A DNA stretch of 64,000 bases from an uncultured bacterium (GCA_903841185.1 CAIMIV010000070.1:2984-66983), one strand, 5' to 3'; numbered from the stretch's first letter, positions 30,730 through 40,366 are shown. Translations and numbers: made by a program. Notes: a model not told the origin generated them from the sequence alone.

Positions 30730-30765
30730 AGAATAAAAAAAGAGACTACCTTGCGATAGTCTCCA
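30730..30765 (-). terminator. Intrinsic terminator downstream of the lipoprotein gene
   Basis: GAGACTA..TAGTCTC stem. The T-run is on the minus strand. Confidence 0.5.
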
Positions 30766-30811
30766 TGATTCAAGCAATGTTGAACCTTGCTCCTTTGCCG
30801 TTTTTTCGGCT

Positions 30812-31420
30812 TTATTTTGCTCTCGGTAGAGCTGGGGGTGGGATTACAGTTCCCTCAGTTTTTTTAATCTCAATCTTGAAGGCCAGAGGTTTATTATCTG
30901 CACGTACCCACTGTCCATTTTTATCCTTTTCAACAATGAAAGGGAATGTTGTGACTTTGTGTTCAGTATAGACTGGATAAACCTCGCTGGTCTTCAAGTC
31001 CACACACATCACATATGTTCCATCAGTGTTTTTTGAACTGAATAACCCATTTGGCTCAGCTTGCTCGATTGCCACAATCCCACTGCTACTCCCACCAAGA
31101 TATGTCGGTTGTAGGGGGTTTGTAAGTTGCGTGTCAGCTGGAATAGCAAAGCCCATAGATGGACACTCATACCGGGTTACACCAGTAACAGATTCAATGA
31201 TTGAATAAGTGGCCACAACCTTAGTGGTGGTTATATCATAGATCTGTTGGTAAATATCCCTGGGGATGCTGTAGTCATAGATATGTACTGGCTGTGTTTG
31301 TTGATACATTTCTTGCTGCTTATTAACAATATGCCTGTCCTTATCCTCGGAAGTCTCAGCACATCCAGAAATCACCAGCAACAGCAAAATCATCGGAAAT
31401 AAAAACATTCTTTTTTTCAT
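30812..31420 (-). CDS. Hypothetical lipoprotein
   Basis: Lipobox LLLLVISGC after a basic N-terminus. 202 aa. Confidence 0.5.
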   Translation of the reverse strand: MKKRMFLFPMILLLLVISGCAETSEDKDRHIVNKQQEMYQQTQPVHIYDYSIPRDIYQQIYDITTTKVVATYSIIESVTGVTRYECPSMGFAIPADTQLTNPLQPTYLGGSSSGIVAIEQAEPNGLFSSKNTDGTYVMCVDLKTSEVYPVYTEHKVTTFPFIVEKDKNGQWVRADNKPLAFKIEIKKTEGTVIPPPALPRAK

Positions 31421-31435
31421 TGCAAGCTTCCTCCA

Positions 31436-32134
31436 TTACTGAATTAGCCGTTTGACTTCCGGCGGAATTTGACTGCTTGGGATGTTGGTAGCTTCCCGTT
31501 TCATTTGCGCCAACAAAGCTCCTTGTTGAGCTCGCGCCGCATCAGCAACATTAGTTGAACCATTGGCTTCCGCCTCAGCAACCTTTGTTTGTAAATTGGC
31601 ATATTCCGTATACAGGTTTTGTAGCATCCCTTGTTTGGACTCGGTGTATTGCCGACTATGTTGAACCACTTCTCGATCGATGTTCATACTGATGATTCCG
31701 GTCGATAACAGAAACCATCCAAGCACAACAATGATCGCAACAATCAACAGACCTACCGGCAAAAAACGCATCACTGTCCAGCTTGCATCTTTAGCCACAC
31801 CATCTATTTCTTTACGCCATTCTTCCGACATTTTCTTTCCTCCAGATTTAAGGTTATTTTGATAGCCATGCTTCCACATCCTGTAAAATGAAAAATTTAA
31901 TCCAGCGGCAACCGCAAGCGAAATCCCTGCAAAAGCTGCACCGCTAACACTCATTAAATTAAAATATTCCTTCTTTTCTACAAACAAAAATGCAACAAAA
32001 CCAGCAAATATAGTTGCTAGGATTAAAAAGAACATACCTAATCGGAAATGCCTTTTGGCATTATTTTCACGTTCTTCTTCTATACGCAATGCCCATTTCC
32101 GAAGTGCATCTTCATCTATCAATTTTTCTCCCAT
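31436..32134 (-). CDS. Hypothetical membrane protein with C-terminal coiled coil
   Basis: 3-4 TM segments. A Gln/Ala-rich C-terminal helix. 16-nt gap to the lipoprotein gene (operon). Confidence 0.45.
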   Translation of the reverse strand: MGEKLIDEDALRKWALRIEEERENNAKRHFRLGMFFLILATIFAGFVAFLFVEKKEYFNLMSVSGAAFAGISLAVAAGLNFSFYRMWKHGYQNNLKSGGKKMSEEWRKEIDGVAKDASWTVMRFLPVGLLIVAIIVVLGWFLLSTGIISMNIDREVVQHSRQYTESKQGMLQNLYTEYANLQTKVAEAEANGSTNVADAARAQQGALLAQMKREATNIPSSQIPPEVKRLIQ

Positions 32135-32321
32135 TATTAGCCTCTTCCCATATTGTTAAAAAACCATTGAAACTTGGACATTCCAAAGTCTCCCTTTCTA
32201 TTTCAAACCACTGATTTTATATCCTATCATACATTACACTTTTTGTCAACATATTTTCCGGTAACCACAAAAAAACTCTCTCACAAATCATGTTGCAAGA
32301 GAGCCATTCTTCAAGTCGCCG

Positions 32322-32993
32322 TTACTGCTGCCCCATATGTTCCCGCAGGATCTCCATCTTATCGGCGATTTCGGGGGCAAATGCCAGTGCCGGTTTTTGG
32401 TGGTCGAAGACGAAAAGATGATCCAGGGATTTGAGTCCGCCGGCGTCCTCGGTATAGCTGCCCGCGTCCACTCGATAGAAAATGGTCAGCAGTTCCAGAA
32501 AATCCCGCACAACCATACCGCCCTTTGCGGCCGATTGCTCTATCAGCGCCGCTGTCTGGAAAACATCTTGCCTTCCTCGGATATATTTTCCAAGAGCATC
32601 CTCTTCAATCAGTGCTACGGCCAGTTTTTTGCTGGCTTCCGGAAAATCCAGCGCATCAAAAAATTCCTCGATTATTTGGACGGTATGGAGGTGCTGCTGG
32701 TTTTTGTCTCCGCAGGCAATGGCTTCCCGCTTGCCTGTGTCATGCAAGGCCAAGATCAGACGCAACATATTGATGTCACAATTTCCGGGCAAAACTTGTG
32801 TTCCAAAATAACGCTCGAATTGGCGCAGCACCATGAGAGTGTGCTGACCGATGGTATAGCCTTCCCACACTCCGGCATCCGCAGCATATATTCCCCCGAA
32901 ATCAGCGGCTAAAAATTGCAGCAACTTTTCCGGAGAGAAACCCTCTTCGAACACTGCCTGCAATTCTTTTTTGGTAAAACTTATTTTCTTCAT
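32322..32993 (-). CDS. HD-domain phosphohydrolase
   Basis: H..HD motif (LALHDTGKRE) plus downstream His/Asp ligands. 223 aa. Confidence 0.65.
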   Translation of the reverse strand: MKKISFTKKELQAVFEEGFSPEKLLQFLAADFGGIYAADAGVWEGYTIGQHTLMVLRQFERYFGTQVLPGNCDINMLRLILALHDTGKREAIACGDKNQQHLHTVQIIEEFFDALDFPEASKKLAVALIEEDALGKYIRGRQDVFQTAALIEQSAAKGGMVVRDFLELLTIFYRVDAGSYTEDAGGLKSLDHLFVFDHQKPALAFAPEIADKMEILREHMGQQ

Positions 32994-33034
32994 ATCACTT
33001 TCTCCCTTAAATTAGGCCCGTTACATAATAATAA

Positions 33035-33064
33035 CGACTCCTCTGTGCAATGACAGAGGAGTCG
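33035..33064 (-). terminator. Hairpin terminator ending the nadK-nadE-small-ORF transcription unit
   Basis: CGACTCCTCTGT gcaatg ACAGAGGAGTCG perfect 12-bp stem, followed on the minus strand by a U-rich stretch. Confidence 0.5.
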
Positions 33065-33074
33065 CGGTTTGCTT

Positions 33075-33224
33075 TTATTGCTTCATATTGCCCAGCTCGA
33101 TGGCGCGCGTGATTCTCATTTCTTGGCGTTTCCATTGCCGATCAGGCCGGAGTTCATATTTAACCAGATAGTATAGATCCGTCTCCCGTTTATCGAAATT
33201 TACAGCCAACACTTTGCAAGCCAT
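33075..33224 (-). CDS. Small basic protein (49 aa), paralog of 43375..43533; uncharacterised
   Basis: RBS AGGAGA. MACKVLAVNFDKRETDLYYLVKYELRPDRQWKRQEMRITRAIELGNMKQ. 38 nt downstream of nadE. Confidence 0.4.
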   Translation of the reverse strand: MACKVLAVNFDKRETDLYYLVKYELRPDRQWKRQEMRITRAIELGNMKQ

Positions 33225-33262
33225 GATGCTTCTCCTGAAAATAATATTTTTTTATAGATTCT

Positions 33263-34225
33263 TTAATCCACCAGTCCCAGCCTTCTGAGCTCAAGCCTAG
33301 TCACCCCAGGAATGCCCAGTTGCTTGTGGCGAGTGGACCGCTCAATAATACGCACGAATTGAACGAGTTGCATTTCGTCATCCGTATAGCCCAGGATGCC
33401 TCTTAGCTTCCTTTCATCCCAACCGGCTTTTTCTCCAGTAATAACCCCTTGATCCAAATCTTCTTTGACCAGCCAGGCGATATTGCCCTCTCTTTCGAGG
33501 TCGCCATAGGAAAGTTGGATAGCAAATCCCATGTTTTTGGCCCAAGCATTCAATTCATTTTCGTCATTGTGCTTGTCGCCATTCGCTTTGAGATCCGCAG
33601 AGGGAATTTTTTCGGCAATTTTTCTGAAAACACCGGCCTCATATTTTTGGCCGAACCAGAGAGCGATTTGCCGCACTTCCATCTTGGTCAACCCGGCCAA
33701 AATATTATTATCTACCGCCCCATCCCCGAACTTGTCGAAGTAGCGCAGCAGAATGTCCTCTTCCGCGTTGCCGGTGCCAAAAATTCTCCCCCTCCCGCCA
33801 TCTACCGCCTTAGCGATGAAACCGGCCAAAGGAGTGGTGAATCTAGATTTGAGAGAACTATAGGCGCTCTCCCAGCCAGTCTCTTCGGCCTCCTGAGACC
33901 CTTCCTCAACCCAGTCCTGACCAAATTGTGCTTTACATTGTCGCAAGAATTCCTCATACAGTGGATTGGCATCGATAACTATGAGCTGAAAACCCAAAAC
34001 CTCTTGAAGCTTTCTTACGTCAGCCAAATGCTTAGGATCATTCTTTATGTCACGAAACATCGCCACCACGCGATCACGGCCGTATGCCTCGCACAAAATT
34101 GCAACCACGTCAGCAGAATCAACGCCTCCGGAAAGAGAAACATACGCCTTGTCACAACCGCGCCCAAAATCCAGGGTTCTTTTCTTGAGATATTCAATTG
34201 TTTCTTCAATGGGTTTTGTAAACAT
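33263..34225 (-). CDS. nadE: NAD+ synthetase (NadE)
   Basis: PP-loop SGGVDSA and NadE-family core. 320 aa. Confidence 0.8.
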   Translation of the reverse strand: MFTKPIEETIEYLKKRTLDFGRGCDKAYVSLSGGVDSADVVAILCEAYGRDRVVAMFRDIKNDPKHLADVRKLQEVLGFQLIVIDANPLYEEFLRQCKAQFGQDWVEEGSQEAEETGWESAYSSLKSRFTTPLAGFIAKAVDGGRGRIFGTGNAEEDILLRYFDKFGDGAVDNNILAGLTKMEVRQIALWFGQKYEAGVFRKIAEKIPSADLKANGDKHNDENELNAWAKNMGFAIQLSYGDLEREGNIAWLVKEDLDQGVITGEKAGWDERKLRGILGYTDDEMQLVQFVRIIERSTRHKQLGIPGVTRLELRRLGLVD

Positions 34226-34249
34226 ACCTTTTCTCCTGTTGTTTTTTGG

Positions 34250-34984
34250 TTATTCGTTATAGCGCCTCTTTTCAAATTTTTCTTCCTGACAGAAACACAC
34301 CTCCGCTTTGAATTGACTGGGAACAATGCGCAATTCTCGCGCCCCATAAAAAATTTTGTTATCAGTGACAACCACCGCATTGTTTCTTTTGATCTTCACC
34401 AGAATTTCCTGTTGTTCTATGGTCACATGAAACGGTTTCGCCGTGCAGATACCCGTCAAGCACCACAATGCACTGTTGAGAGGCAGAATAGTTCCGCCGG
34501 CATTGCGATTATAGGCCGTACTACCTTGAGGCGTCGCGATGATGATCCCATCGCCTTTCAGCTTTAGCGCTGAATATTCTTTCGTCTCCAGTTCCAATTC
34601 GACAACGCCGGTAGGATCAACAGATTTCACATAGATGTCATTGAAGGCGATGCCTTGCTCAATTTTTTCATCAGTGGTGATGGTTGCGTTCATGCCGTGC
34701 ATTGCAAACTTAATCCAGTTCTCTTCCTGCATTCTAGCAAGAAGATCCTCTGGACTTTGGATGACCCGATTGAGCAGGAAATTAATACTGCCCAATCCGA
34801 CACCGACAAAAGGTTTTTGCAGGTGATAATAGTCTCTTTCTGCTCCCAGAAATGTGCCATCACCTCCTAGAACCAAGATATAATCAGGATTGTTAAAATC
34901 CTCTTTTACGCCTAGCGCAAGCAGTTTCTTCCAAAAAACAAGCGCTCCTTCTTGATGACCGATTACCGGTAATATGTTCATCAT
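34250..34984 (-). CDS. nadK: NAD kinase
   Basis: GGDGT motif (LVLGGDGTFLGA), NE/D short motif and conserved C-terminal domain. Confidence 0.85.
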   Translation of the reverse strand: MMNILPVIGHQEGALVFWKKLLALGVKEDFNNPDYILVLGGDGTFLGAERDYYHLQKPFVGVGLGSINFLLNRVIQSPEDLLARMQEENWIKFAMHGMNATITTDEKIEQGIAFNDIYVKSVDPTGVVELELETKEYSALKLKGDGIIIATPQGSTAYNRNAGGTILPLNSALWCLTGICTAKPFHVTIEQQEILVKIKRNNAVVVTDNKIFYGARELRIVPSQFKAEVCFCQEEKFEKRRYNE

Positions 34985-35021
34985 CCATCTCCTTATATTT
35001 GATTTTCAAAGAACTCATCGT

Positions 35022-35050
35022 TATCTGATTGCAATCAATTTGTAATCAGA
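35022..35050 (-). promoter_or_regulatory. 12-5-12 inverted repeat about 40 nt upstream of nadK
   Basis: ATCTGATTGCAA tcaat TTGTAATCAGAT, one mismatch between the arms. Confidence 0.3.
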
Positions 35051-35058
35051 TATGGATG

Positions 35059-35100
35059 GACGAGAGAGAAAGATTTTTTCTCTCTCGTCACAGTTTTTTT
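35059..35100 (+). terminator. Strong hairpin plus T-run between pncB and nadK
   Basis: GACGAGAGAGAA agatttt TTCTCTCTCGTC perfect 12-bp stem, then acagTTTTTTT (T-run on the plus strand). Confidence 0.35.
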
Positions 35101-35109
35101 AATAGATCT

Positions 35110-36354
35110 TTAATATTCACACTTTTCATTGAAAGTGTTTGCGTAACCGAAAAGTTTTTTATTTCTGGCCACTGCTTCCGGTTTTCCAATGGCCTTGGCC
35201 AGGTTGTCACTCAGCTTCACCGCCGGATTGCCGTCCGCCATGACCAACTTCATCACGATAGAAAGCGCTTGCACAAAACCGGTGTCATTGCTGAAATTGG
35301 TGCCCCAACCGAAGAGGACCTTGGCTCTGGCACGGAATTCTGCATTGATCCGGAGCATTTTTTCCGCCTTCAGGCCGTCACTGAAAAACAAGGTGCGGGT
35401 TTGCGTTTCAATTTCAAAGCGCTTCCACATATCCAGCACCCACCCACCGAATTCCAAGGGATCGCCAGAGTCTTGCCGGAATCCCATGGCCTGTTGCCCC
35501 AATTCCAGCGGGATGTTTTCCAGAAACTGCTTGGATCCGAAAGTATCCGGCAGGATTATGCGCGCCTGGCCGTTGAAAAGCTGAAACCATTTTTCAAACA
35601 CTTCATATTGCGCTTGCCAGGCCGCTTGCCGCCCCTCTTTCCACCTGATGGCGTTGAGCGCCATAGAGAGCTCATGTGCGTTAGTCCCTCCATAAGCCGC
35701 TCCCAGCTCCCGTGCCAAAGCCATATTAGAGACCGCCACGATTGTTTCCGGCATAATCTCCAAGGCCATCTGCGTCAGATGCTTTTCCCATGGACCGCTC
35801 AGACGTCGGCGCAAACCGAACTGCAAGGCCCGGACTCCTGTTCCTGCGAGCATTTTGGCTTTCTCCCGAAAACGCCGTTCGCCTTCAGCCATGACTTCCG
35901 CCTGACCAATGTTGCTTTCTGCCAATGTCTGTCTCGCGTACAGCTCATTGACGATAGGAAGAGCAATCAGCTCCCAAAGAGTGGTTTTTGCCCAATAGTC
36001 ATTGGCCGTTTCAATGGCCAGCTGACCATCGCCGTCACGATCAACCGTAATTTCTGAAAGCTCCAGCTCTGCCAAAAATTGAAGAAATTCTTCCGGATAT
36101 TTCTCGTTCTCGCGCAGATAGGCGATTTCATCTTTCCGGAATTTCAATTTGGCAGCCGCAGCTAGTTGCTCCCGCACTTTTTCGATGTCGACTGCTTCCG
36201 CAAGCCGCACTGAAGTGGTTCGATTCTTGAAAGCAAATTTTGTCTTCACCAGCGGGAAAAAATTCCAGATATAGTACAACATCCTGACTTTATAGGTATC
36301 CGTTTCTAACAGACTGCCCACAATAGGCTCATTCAAATCGAAAATGTTTTTCAT
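35110..36354 (-). CDS. pncB: Nicotinate phosphoribosyltransferase
   Basis: Aligns to E. coli PncB blocks (SLLETDTYK; FRQDSGDP; KLVMADGNPAVKLSD). 414 aa. Confidence 0.85.
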   Translation of the reverse strand: MKNIFDLNEPIVGSLLETDTYKVRMLYYIWNFFPLVKTKFAFKNRTTSVRLAEAVDIEKVREQLAAAAKLKFRKDEIAYLRENEKYPEEFLQFLAELELSEITVDRDGDGQLAIETANDYWAKTTLWELIALPIVNELYARQTLAESNIGQAEVMAEGERRFREKAKMLAGTGVRALQFGLRRRLSGPWEKHLTQMALEIMPETIVAVSNMALARELGAAYGGTNAHELSMALNAIRWKEGRQAAWQAQYEVFEKWFQLFNGQARIILPDTFGSKQFLENIPLELGQQAMGFRQDSGDPLEFGGWVLDMWKRFEIETQTRTLFFSDGLKAEKMLRINAEFRARAKVLFGWGTNFSNDTGFVQALSIVMKLVMADGNPAVKLSDNLAKAIGKPEAVARNKKLFGYANTFNEKCEY

Positions 36355-36520
36355 CTCCTCTCCTCTTATTGGTTATTTAATTTCAAAGAACATATTAGAC
36401 CTATTACTGATTCTCCCTCTTGAGATCAGAAAGCTGCTACAAAAAAATTTGGTAGAAATTTTCCAGATCTTAAGTCTTAAAGTGAGCTATGGAAACCGAG
36501 GGTTCTCGGTCTCCATAGCT

Positions 36521-36541
36521 TTTGTGTATTTTATACACTAT
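36521..36541 (-). promoter_or_regulatory. 21-bp palindrome (candidate NrtR operator) upstream of pncB
   Basis: TTTGTGTATTTTATACACTAT with GTGTAT/ATACAC arms. A 16-bp perfect hairpin (36489-36514) lies just downstream. Confidence 0.4.
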
Positions 36542-36572
36542 CTCAGTTTAAAAAAATTTAGGCCTTTGACTA

Positions 36573-36767
36573 CTGCTGATACCGCTCCATCAGCTCTTCT
36601 GCTTTTTCAAAGTTGCCTAACCGCTTCAGGCGATTGACCACCGGAGCCAGTCCGTTTTTCTTGACTTCTTCCTCCAGGGTCATCACCTGCCCGCGCAGTG
36701 GAACAAACCCATCTGCCCAGCACCCAATTCCCAGCACCCGATTAGCTTTGTCGCGTACAATGTTCAT
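36573..36767 (-). CDS. Small hypothetical protein (65 aa) in the NAD gene cluster
   Basis: RBS AGGAGGAG, then ATG 6 nt downstream. MNIVRDKANRVLGIGCWADGFVPLRGQVMTLEEEVKK.. The palindrome at 36838-36858 is 70-90 nt upstream. Confidence 0.45.
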
Positions 36768-36837
36768 TTTTTCTCCTCCTTGTTTAGGAAATATTGGAAT
36801 TTTTAAACCTAGTTTTATCAAAGAACCTTTTCTTTAC

Positions 36838-36858
36838 TTAGTGTACTAATCACACTAA
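36838..36858 (-). promoter_or_regulatory. 21-bp palindrome (candidate NrtR operator)
   Basis: TTAGTGTACTAATCACACTAA. Confidence 0.45.
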
Positions 36859-36964
36859 TACATATAAGTTAGCATACCCTCTAAATAGTGTCAATAGTAC
36901 ACCTGTGGATAACTTAAAAAGCGCTGATTCCATTTGGAACCAGCGCCTATAGTTGAATTGACAA

Positions 36965-37552
36965 CTAAAGATATAATTGATTTTTTTCCATATACTGCAA
37001 TACGGCTGGCGCAGTAAAAATTTGATTCTCTTTTTTATCGCGCACATTTTGCCGGATACGCGTACTGGAAATTTCCAGAATCGTTGATTCCAAAAATAGA
37101 CACTTTTCAGGATAGCGCATTTTTTCTTGCGCTACTCCTTTTCTAACGGCGATTAGAAATGGTTGATGATTCATCAACCACTCCCCTTCCTCCCAAAAGG
37201 CTTCTACATCACACGCCCCGGCAAATTGCCTGCGGGCAAGGAAATGATCCGAACCGCAGTACCACACAATTTCCGCTTGAGGAAATTCTTGTTGTGTCTG
37301 GCGAATAACCTCGATAGTGGGAACGGCCTGCTTTTTTTCGTAGGCAATTTCGATGGATTGATCCATGCCCAGTAATTGCGTCATCTGCCACCGATGGAGC
37401 ACGGCCGGCATCCCGGGTTTGTCCGGGCGCTCGCCGGAAACAATCCAGCGGACCCGGTCAAATTCTCCTGATTTTAAAACGGCTTCCGCTAAAAACTTAT
37501 GGCCATAGTGAGCTGGGTTGCTTGCACTCCCGCCTAAGGCAATTTTCATCAT
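36965..37552 (-). CDS. nadD: Nicotinate-nucleotide adenylyltransferase
   Basis: MMKIALGGSASNPAHYGH (HxGH motif). Start moved to the Met preceded by GGAGG (the ORF extends to 37597). Confidence 0.85.
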   Translation of the reverse strand: MMKIALGGSASNPAHYGHKFLAEAVLKSGEFDRVRWIVSGERPDKPGMPAVLHRWQMTQLLGMDQSIEIAYEKKQAVPTIEVIRQTQQEFPQAEIVWYCGSDHFLARRQFAGACDVEAFWEEGEWLMNHQPFLIAVRKGVAQEKMRYPEKCLFLESTILEISSTRIRQNVRDKKENQIFTAPAVLQYMEKNQLYL

Positions 37553-37603
37553 AGTCCTCCTTTCTAGTTTTTTAGTGCCTATTTTGTCAAAGGACATCCT
37601 TAT

Positions 37604-37624
37604 TTAGTGTATTATATACACTCA
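37604..37624 (-). promoter_or_regulatory. 21-bp palindrome (candidate NrtR operator), 52-72 nt upstream of nadD
   Basis: TTAGTGTATTATATACACTCA. Confidence 0.5.
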
Positions 37625-37761
37625 TACCCTGAGCATAGCATATGCCCTACATAATTTCAAGTGCACTTTGTTCCCTATAATCTTATTCCCTACTAGTAAT
37701 TAAAAACCCACTGTCTTTTCTTTGAAAAGACAGTGAGCCACTTATACAGTGTTTTTACACT

Positions 37762-39489
37762 TTATTGCATGCGCATCCTCCATGCAACGCCCTGTCGCAC
37801 ATAGACCACCTGATTATCCCATTCCCCCAAAATCAAATCGGTGTTAATAAACTTGTCTTGAATTTTGTTAATGACGCCACTCGCCGGAACAAAAATTACC
37901 AGCTCGCCGTCATTGATGATAGTTGCCATCACGCCCTTGGGCAGGAGCGCCATATTCAGATCTGGTCCATCTACGTCGCCTATCCATACTTGATAGGTGC
38001 GATATTCCCGGTCAAACGTAAGTTCTACTTTTTGGTATCCACCGCTGGCGTTGAGTCCCACAAAAGCCATAAAGCGATTCCCAGCTTTAGCTGAGACTAC
38101 CCGCAATTTATCCAACTCCCGCACCCGCATTTGTGCGCAGGCTTTGTCACCAAAAGGAGCAATCACATGCATCGCCCCGAAGGTATCTTGGATGCCGACG
38201 CCATCAAACCATTGCGTCGCCTTAACCATAGCGCCCCACACGTGACCGACAGATAACATCGGTTTACCCAAGATCGTTAACGCCAATTCCGCCAGACCAT
38301 TATCCAACACCGCGAATAGCCGGTTTTCAAAGCGCATAATCTGCCTTATTTGAGCGGTCACGGTCAGCGTTTCGGCTAAAAAATTAGCCGCGCGCAGGTA
38401 ACTAAAGACAAACTGCCCCGCACGCTCCTCCGCCACCAGCCATCCCTCTTTAACCCGTACCACTTCGCAATCATTGGCGTGCGTCGTACCAATTTGGTTT
38501 CCGCTACCCAGATCTATCAATTTCCCAGATGCCAGCAGAGCCACCCCGCAAGGGAACAGTCGAATGACCTGGTCATTATTCGCGGCATAGATTTTCTCAT
38601 GAATGAGATTACCTATGGCCGTTGTAATCACCCGCGCAACAACCACCCCTTGCGCCATCGGCACGCCTTGCGCAAATGGAGATGGCGGCAACAACCGTTT
38701 TCCATCACGAAAGACTTTTACATACCAGTCCCGCAATGGCCCCGGTATCCCGGAAAAATCCCGCACGGCATGATTCAGTTTCACGCCCGGCGTAAACACG
38801 GAAGCATTTTCTTTCATCCGTCGTTCGAATTCCTGGCGCGCATATCCAGCCAACACCCCTTTATACGGATGGATGCCGGTGTATATTTGGAACGTTACCA
38901 CCCCCCAAGAGAACCAATCGCTGAGTTGCGTAAATCCCTTAGTGTGCCAATCGTGGATAGAAGGCATAATAACTGTCGCCGGCCAACGCCCGATAGCCCA
39001 AGAATCCACATCGATAACCCGCGGTTCAGGGTCGGTTGCAACATCCACCTTCGCCAACCAATTCAATTCATTAGCATCCACCAACAGGGCGCCGGCCTTA
39101 TGCGCAGTCAAAACTACTTCCCGCATCCGCTCCACCAGCGTGTTGGTTTGGGCCTGGGTAAATTGCTGCCTTGTCCGAAAGTCATTCGTAAATACTCTGG
39201 CTAAAGGCTCGCCCTCCACGGCGTCCATATAGCAACCGATGGGTTCGCCATTTTCAGCGCAGACAATTCCTTTCGGGGCGACAATATAGGGATGCCGCAA
39301 GGCAGTCAGGCTTTTGATTTTTTCTACCAGAGCATCACGCCGCATCCGTTTTGGGTCGGAATAGATCTTAATCGCTATTCCCCCAACAATATACACCGCG
39401 CCTTCCCCGCCGGTGGCCTTATGATCAGCGGGACGCAAAGTGATCGGCCTACGTCCGTCCAAGAGCACTTTCATATTTGCCGTCTTCAT
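37762..39489 (-). CDS. Hanks-type Ser/Thr protein kinase with large C-terminal extension (kinase component of a TerY-P-type triad)
   Basis: Gly loop TGGEGAVY, VAIK-like IAIKIY, catalytic loop LVDANELNWL (D..N), DVDS in place of DFG. Start at MKTANMKV with RBS GAGGAA. Overlaps the phosphatase gene end. Confidence 0.65.
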   Translation of the reverse strand: MKTANMKVLLDGRRPITLRPADHKATGGEGAVYIVGGIAIKIYSDPKRMRRDALVEKIKSLTALRHPYIVAPKGIVCAENGEPIGCYMDAVEGEPLARVFTNDFRTRQQFTQAQTNTLVERMREVVLTAHKAGALLVDANELNWLAKVDVATDPEPRVIDVDSWAIGRWPATVIMPSIHDWHTKGFTQLSDWFSWGVVTFQIYTGIHPYKGVLAGYARQEFERRMKENASVFTPGVKLNHAVRDFSGIPGPLRDWYVKVFRDGKRLLPPSPFAQGVPMAQGVVVARVITTAIGNLIHEKIYAANNDQVIRLFPCGVALLASGKLIDLGSGNQIGTTHANDCEVVRVKEGWLVAEERAGQFVFSYLRAANFLAETLTVTAQIRQIMRFENRLFAVLDNGLAELALTILGKPMLSVGHVWGAMVKATQWFDGVGIQDTFGAMHVIAPFGDKACAQMRVRELDKLRVVSAKAGNRFMAFVGLNASGGYQKVELTFDREYRTYQVWIGDVDGPDLNMALLPKGVMATIINDGELVIFVPASGVINKIQDKFINTDLILGEWDNQVVYVRQGVAWRMRMQ

Positions 39490-40366
39490 GATTTTCCTCA
39501 TCCTGTTGGGTTTCCACCCGGATGACCGCATAAGCGATGTCATCCATGGGACCCCTGCCGATTTTATGCAGATCTTTAATTCCGCGAATCATTCGCCGTT
39601 TAGCGAATTCCCCTGCCATATTTTTGAAGGCTAGAAATTCCCGCACCGCGTCTTGCCAAGTCACGCCATCGATCTGGCATACTCCGTCGGAAAAAACAGC
39701 TACGCAGGCAATCTCCTTTACCAGTTCTTCCGCTTCCAACATTAGCTTGATGCCGGCAATACCTTCTTGCGCAGAATGCATTCTGACCTGTTCCTGAACG
39801 CATTGCTCGATACCATCCCACAGCCACACCTCCTCTCGTAAACACTCCTCCGCAGCAATGCCTCCGTGCGCCCTAACAAACAACTGCATACCCAAAGTTC
39901 GATACGCTGGATAGAACGGCATGTTGTTATTCCAATCGAAACGAAACATGCGAATCGCTCCGGTGCGATATTTAATAGCCGCCACGCCGTCCCCTTCTAT
40001 GCGCACATATCCGCCACCGGGCGTCAACATAATTGAAATACAGGTCGCCAACAGATCCAACGGCGTTACACCCAAGAGAGTTTGAGTCGCCGTTAAGGCC
40101 TGCTCTCGCCATGCATCTACTTGCGGAAAAAATTGTTCCGTGAAAAGAATGGTTTGTTTTTTTTCTGCCTGCTTCATCGCTGTCATCGTCGTAAGCGCCA
40201 CTATGCGCGCGCCGATATCCGTACGTTCTCCGCTAGAACAACCATCAGCCACCATAGCATACGCTACCTCTGTGTCTGCTTCCGCCAGCGCATAATCTTG
40301 GCACGGCTTGCCGGTCGTCAAATGGGATTGTCCGATGTGAAAAAAACTATCGCCATAAAATTGCAT
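39449..40366 (-). CDS. PP2C-family Ser/Thr phosphatase
   Basis: PP2C metal-binding aspartates (MVADGCSSGE..; VFSDGV). Start at MQFYGD with RBS AAGGAGG. Confidence 0.75.
   Translation of the reverse strand: MQFYGDSFFHIGQSHLTTGKPCQDYALAEADTEVAYAMVADGCSSGERTDIGARIVALTTMTAMKQAEKKQTILFTEQFFPQVDAWREQALTATQTLLGVTPLDLLATCISIMLTPGGGYVRIEGDGVAAIKYRTGAIRMFRFDWNNNMPFYPAYRTLGMQLFVRAHGGIAAEECLREEVWLWDGIEQCVQEQVRMHSAQEGIAGIKLMLEAEELVKEIACVAVFSDGVCQIDGVTWQDAVREFLAFKNMAGEFAKRRMIRGIKDLHKIGRGPMDDIAYAVIRVETQQDEENHEDGKYESALGRT

Noticed and set aside
33449-34567. 372-aa plus-strand ORF
   Set aside because: Antisense to nadE and nadK.
35029-36057. 342-aa plus-strand ORF
   Set aside because: Antisense to pncB, which has clear homology. 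Cys/His/Arg-rich composition typical of an antisense reading frame.
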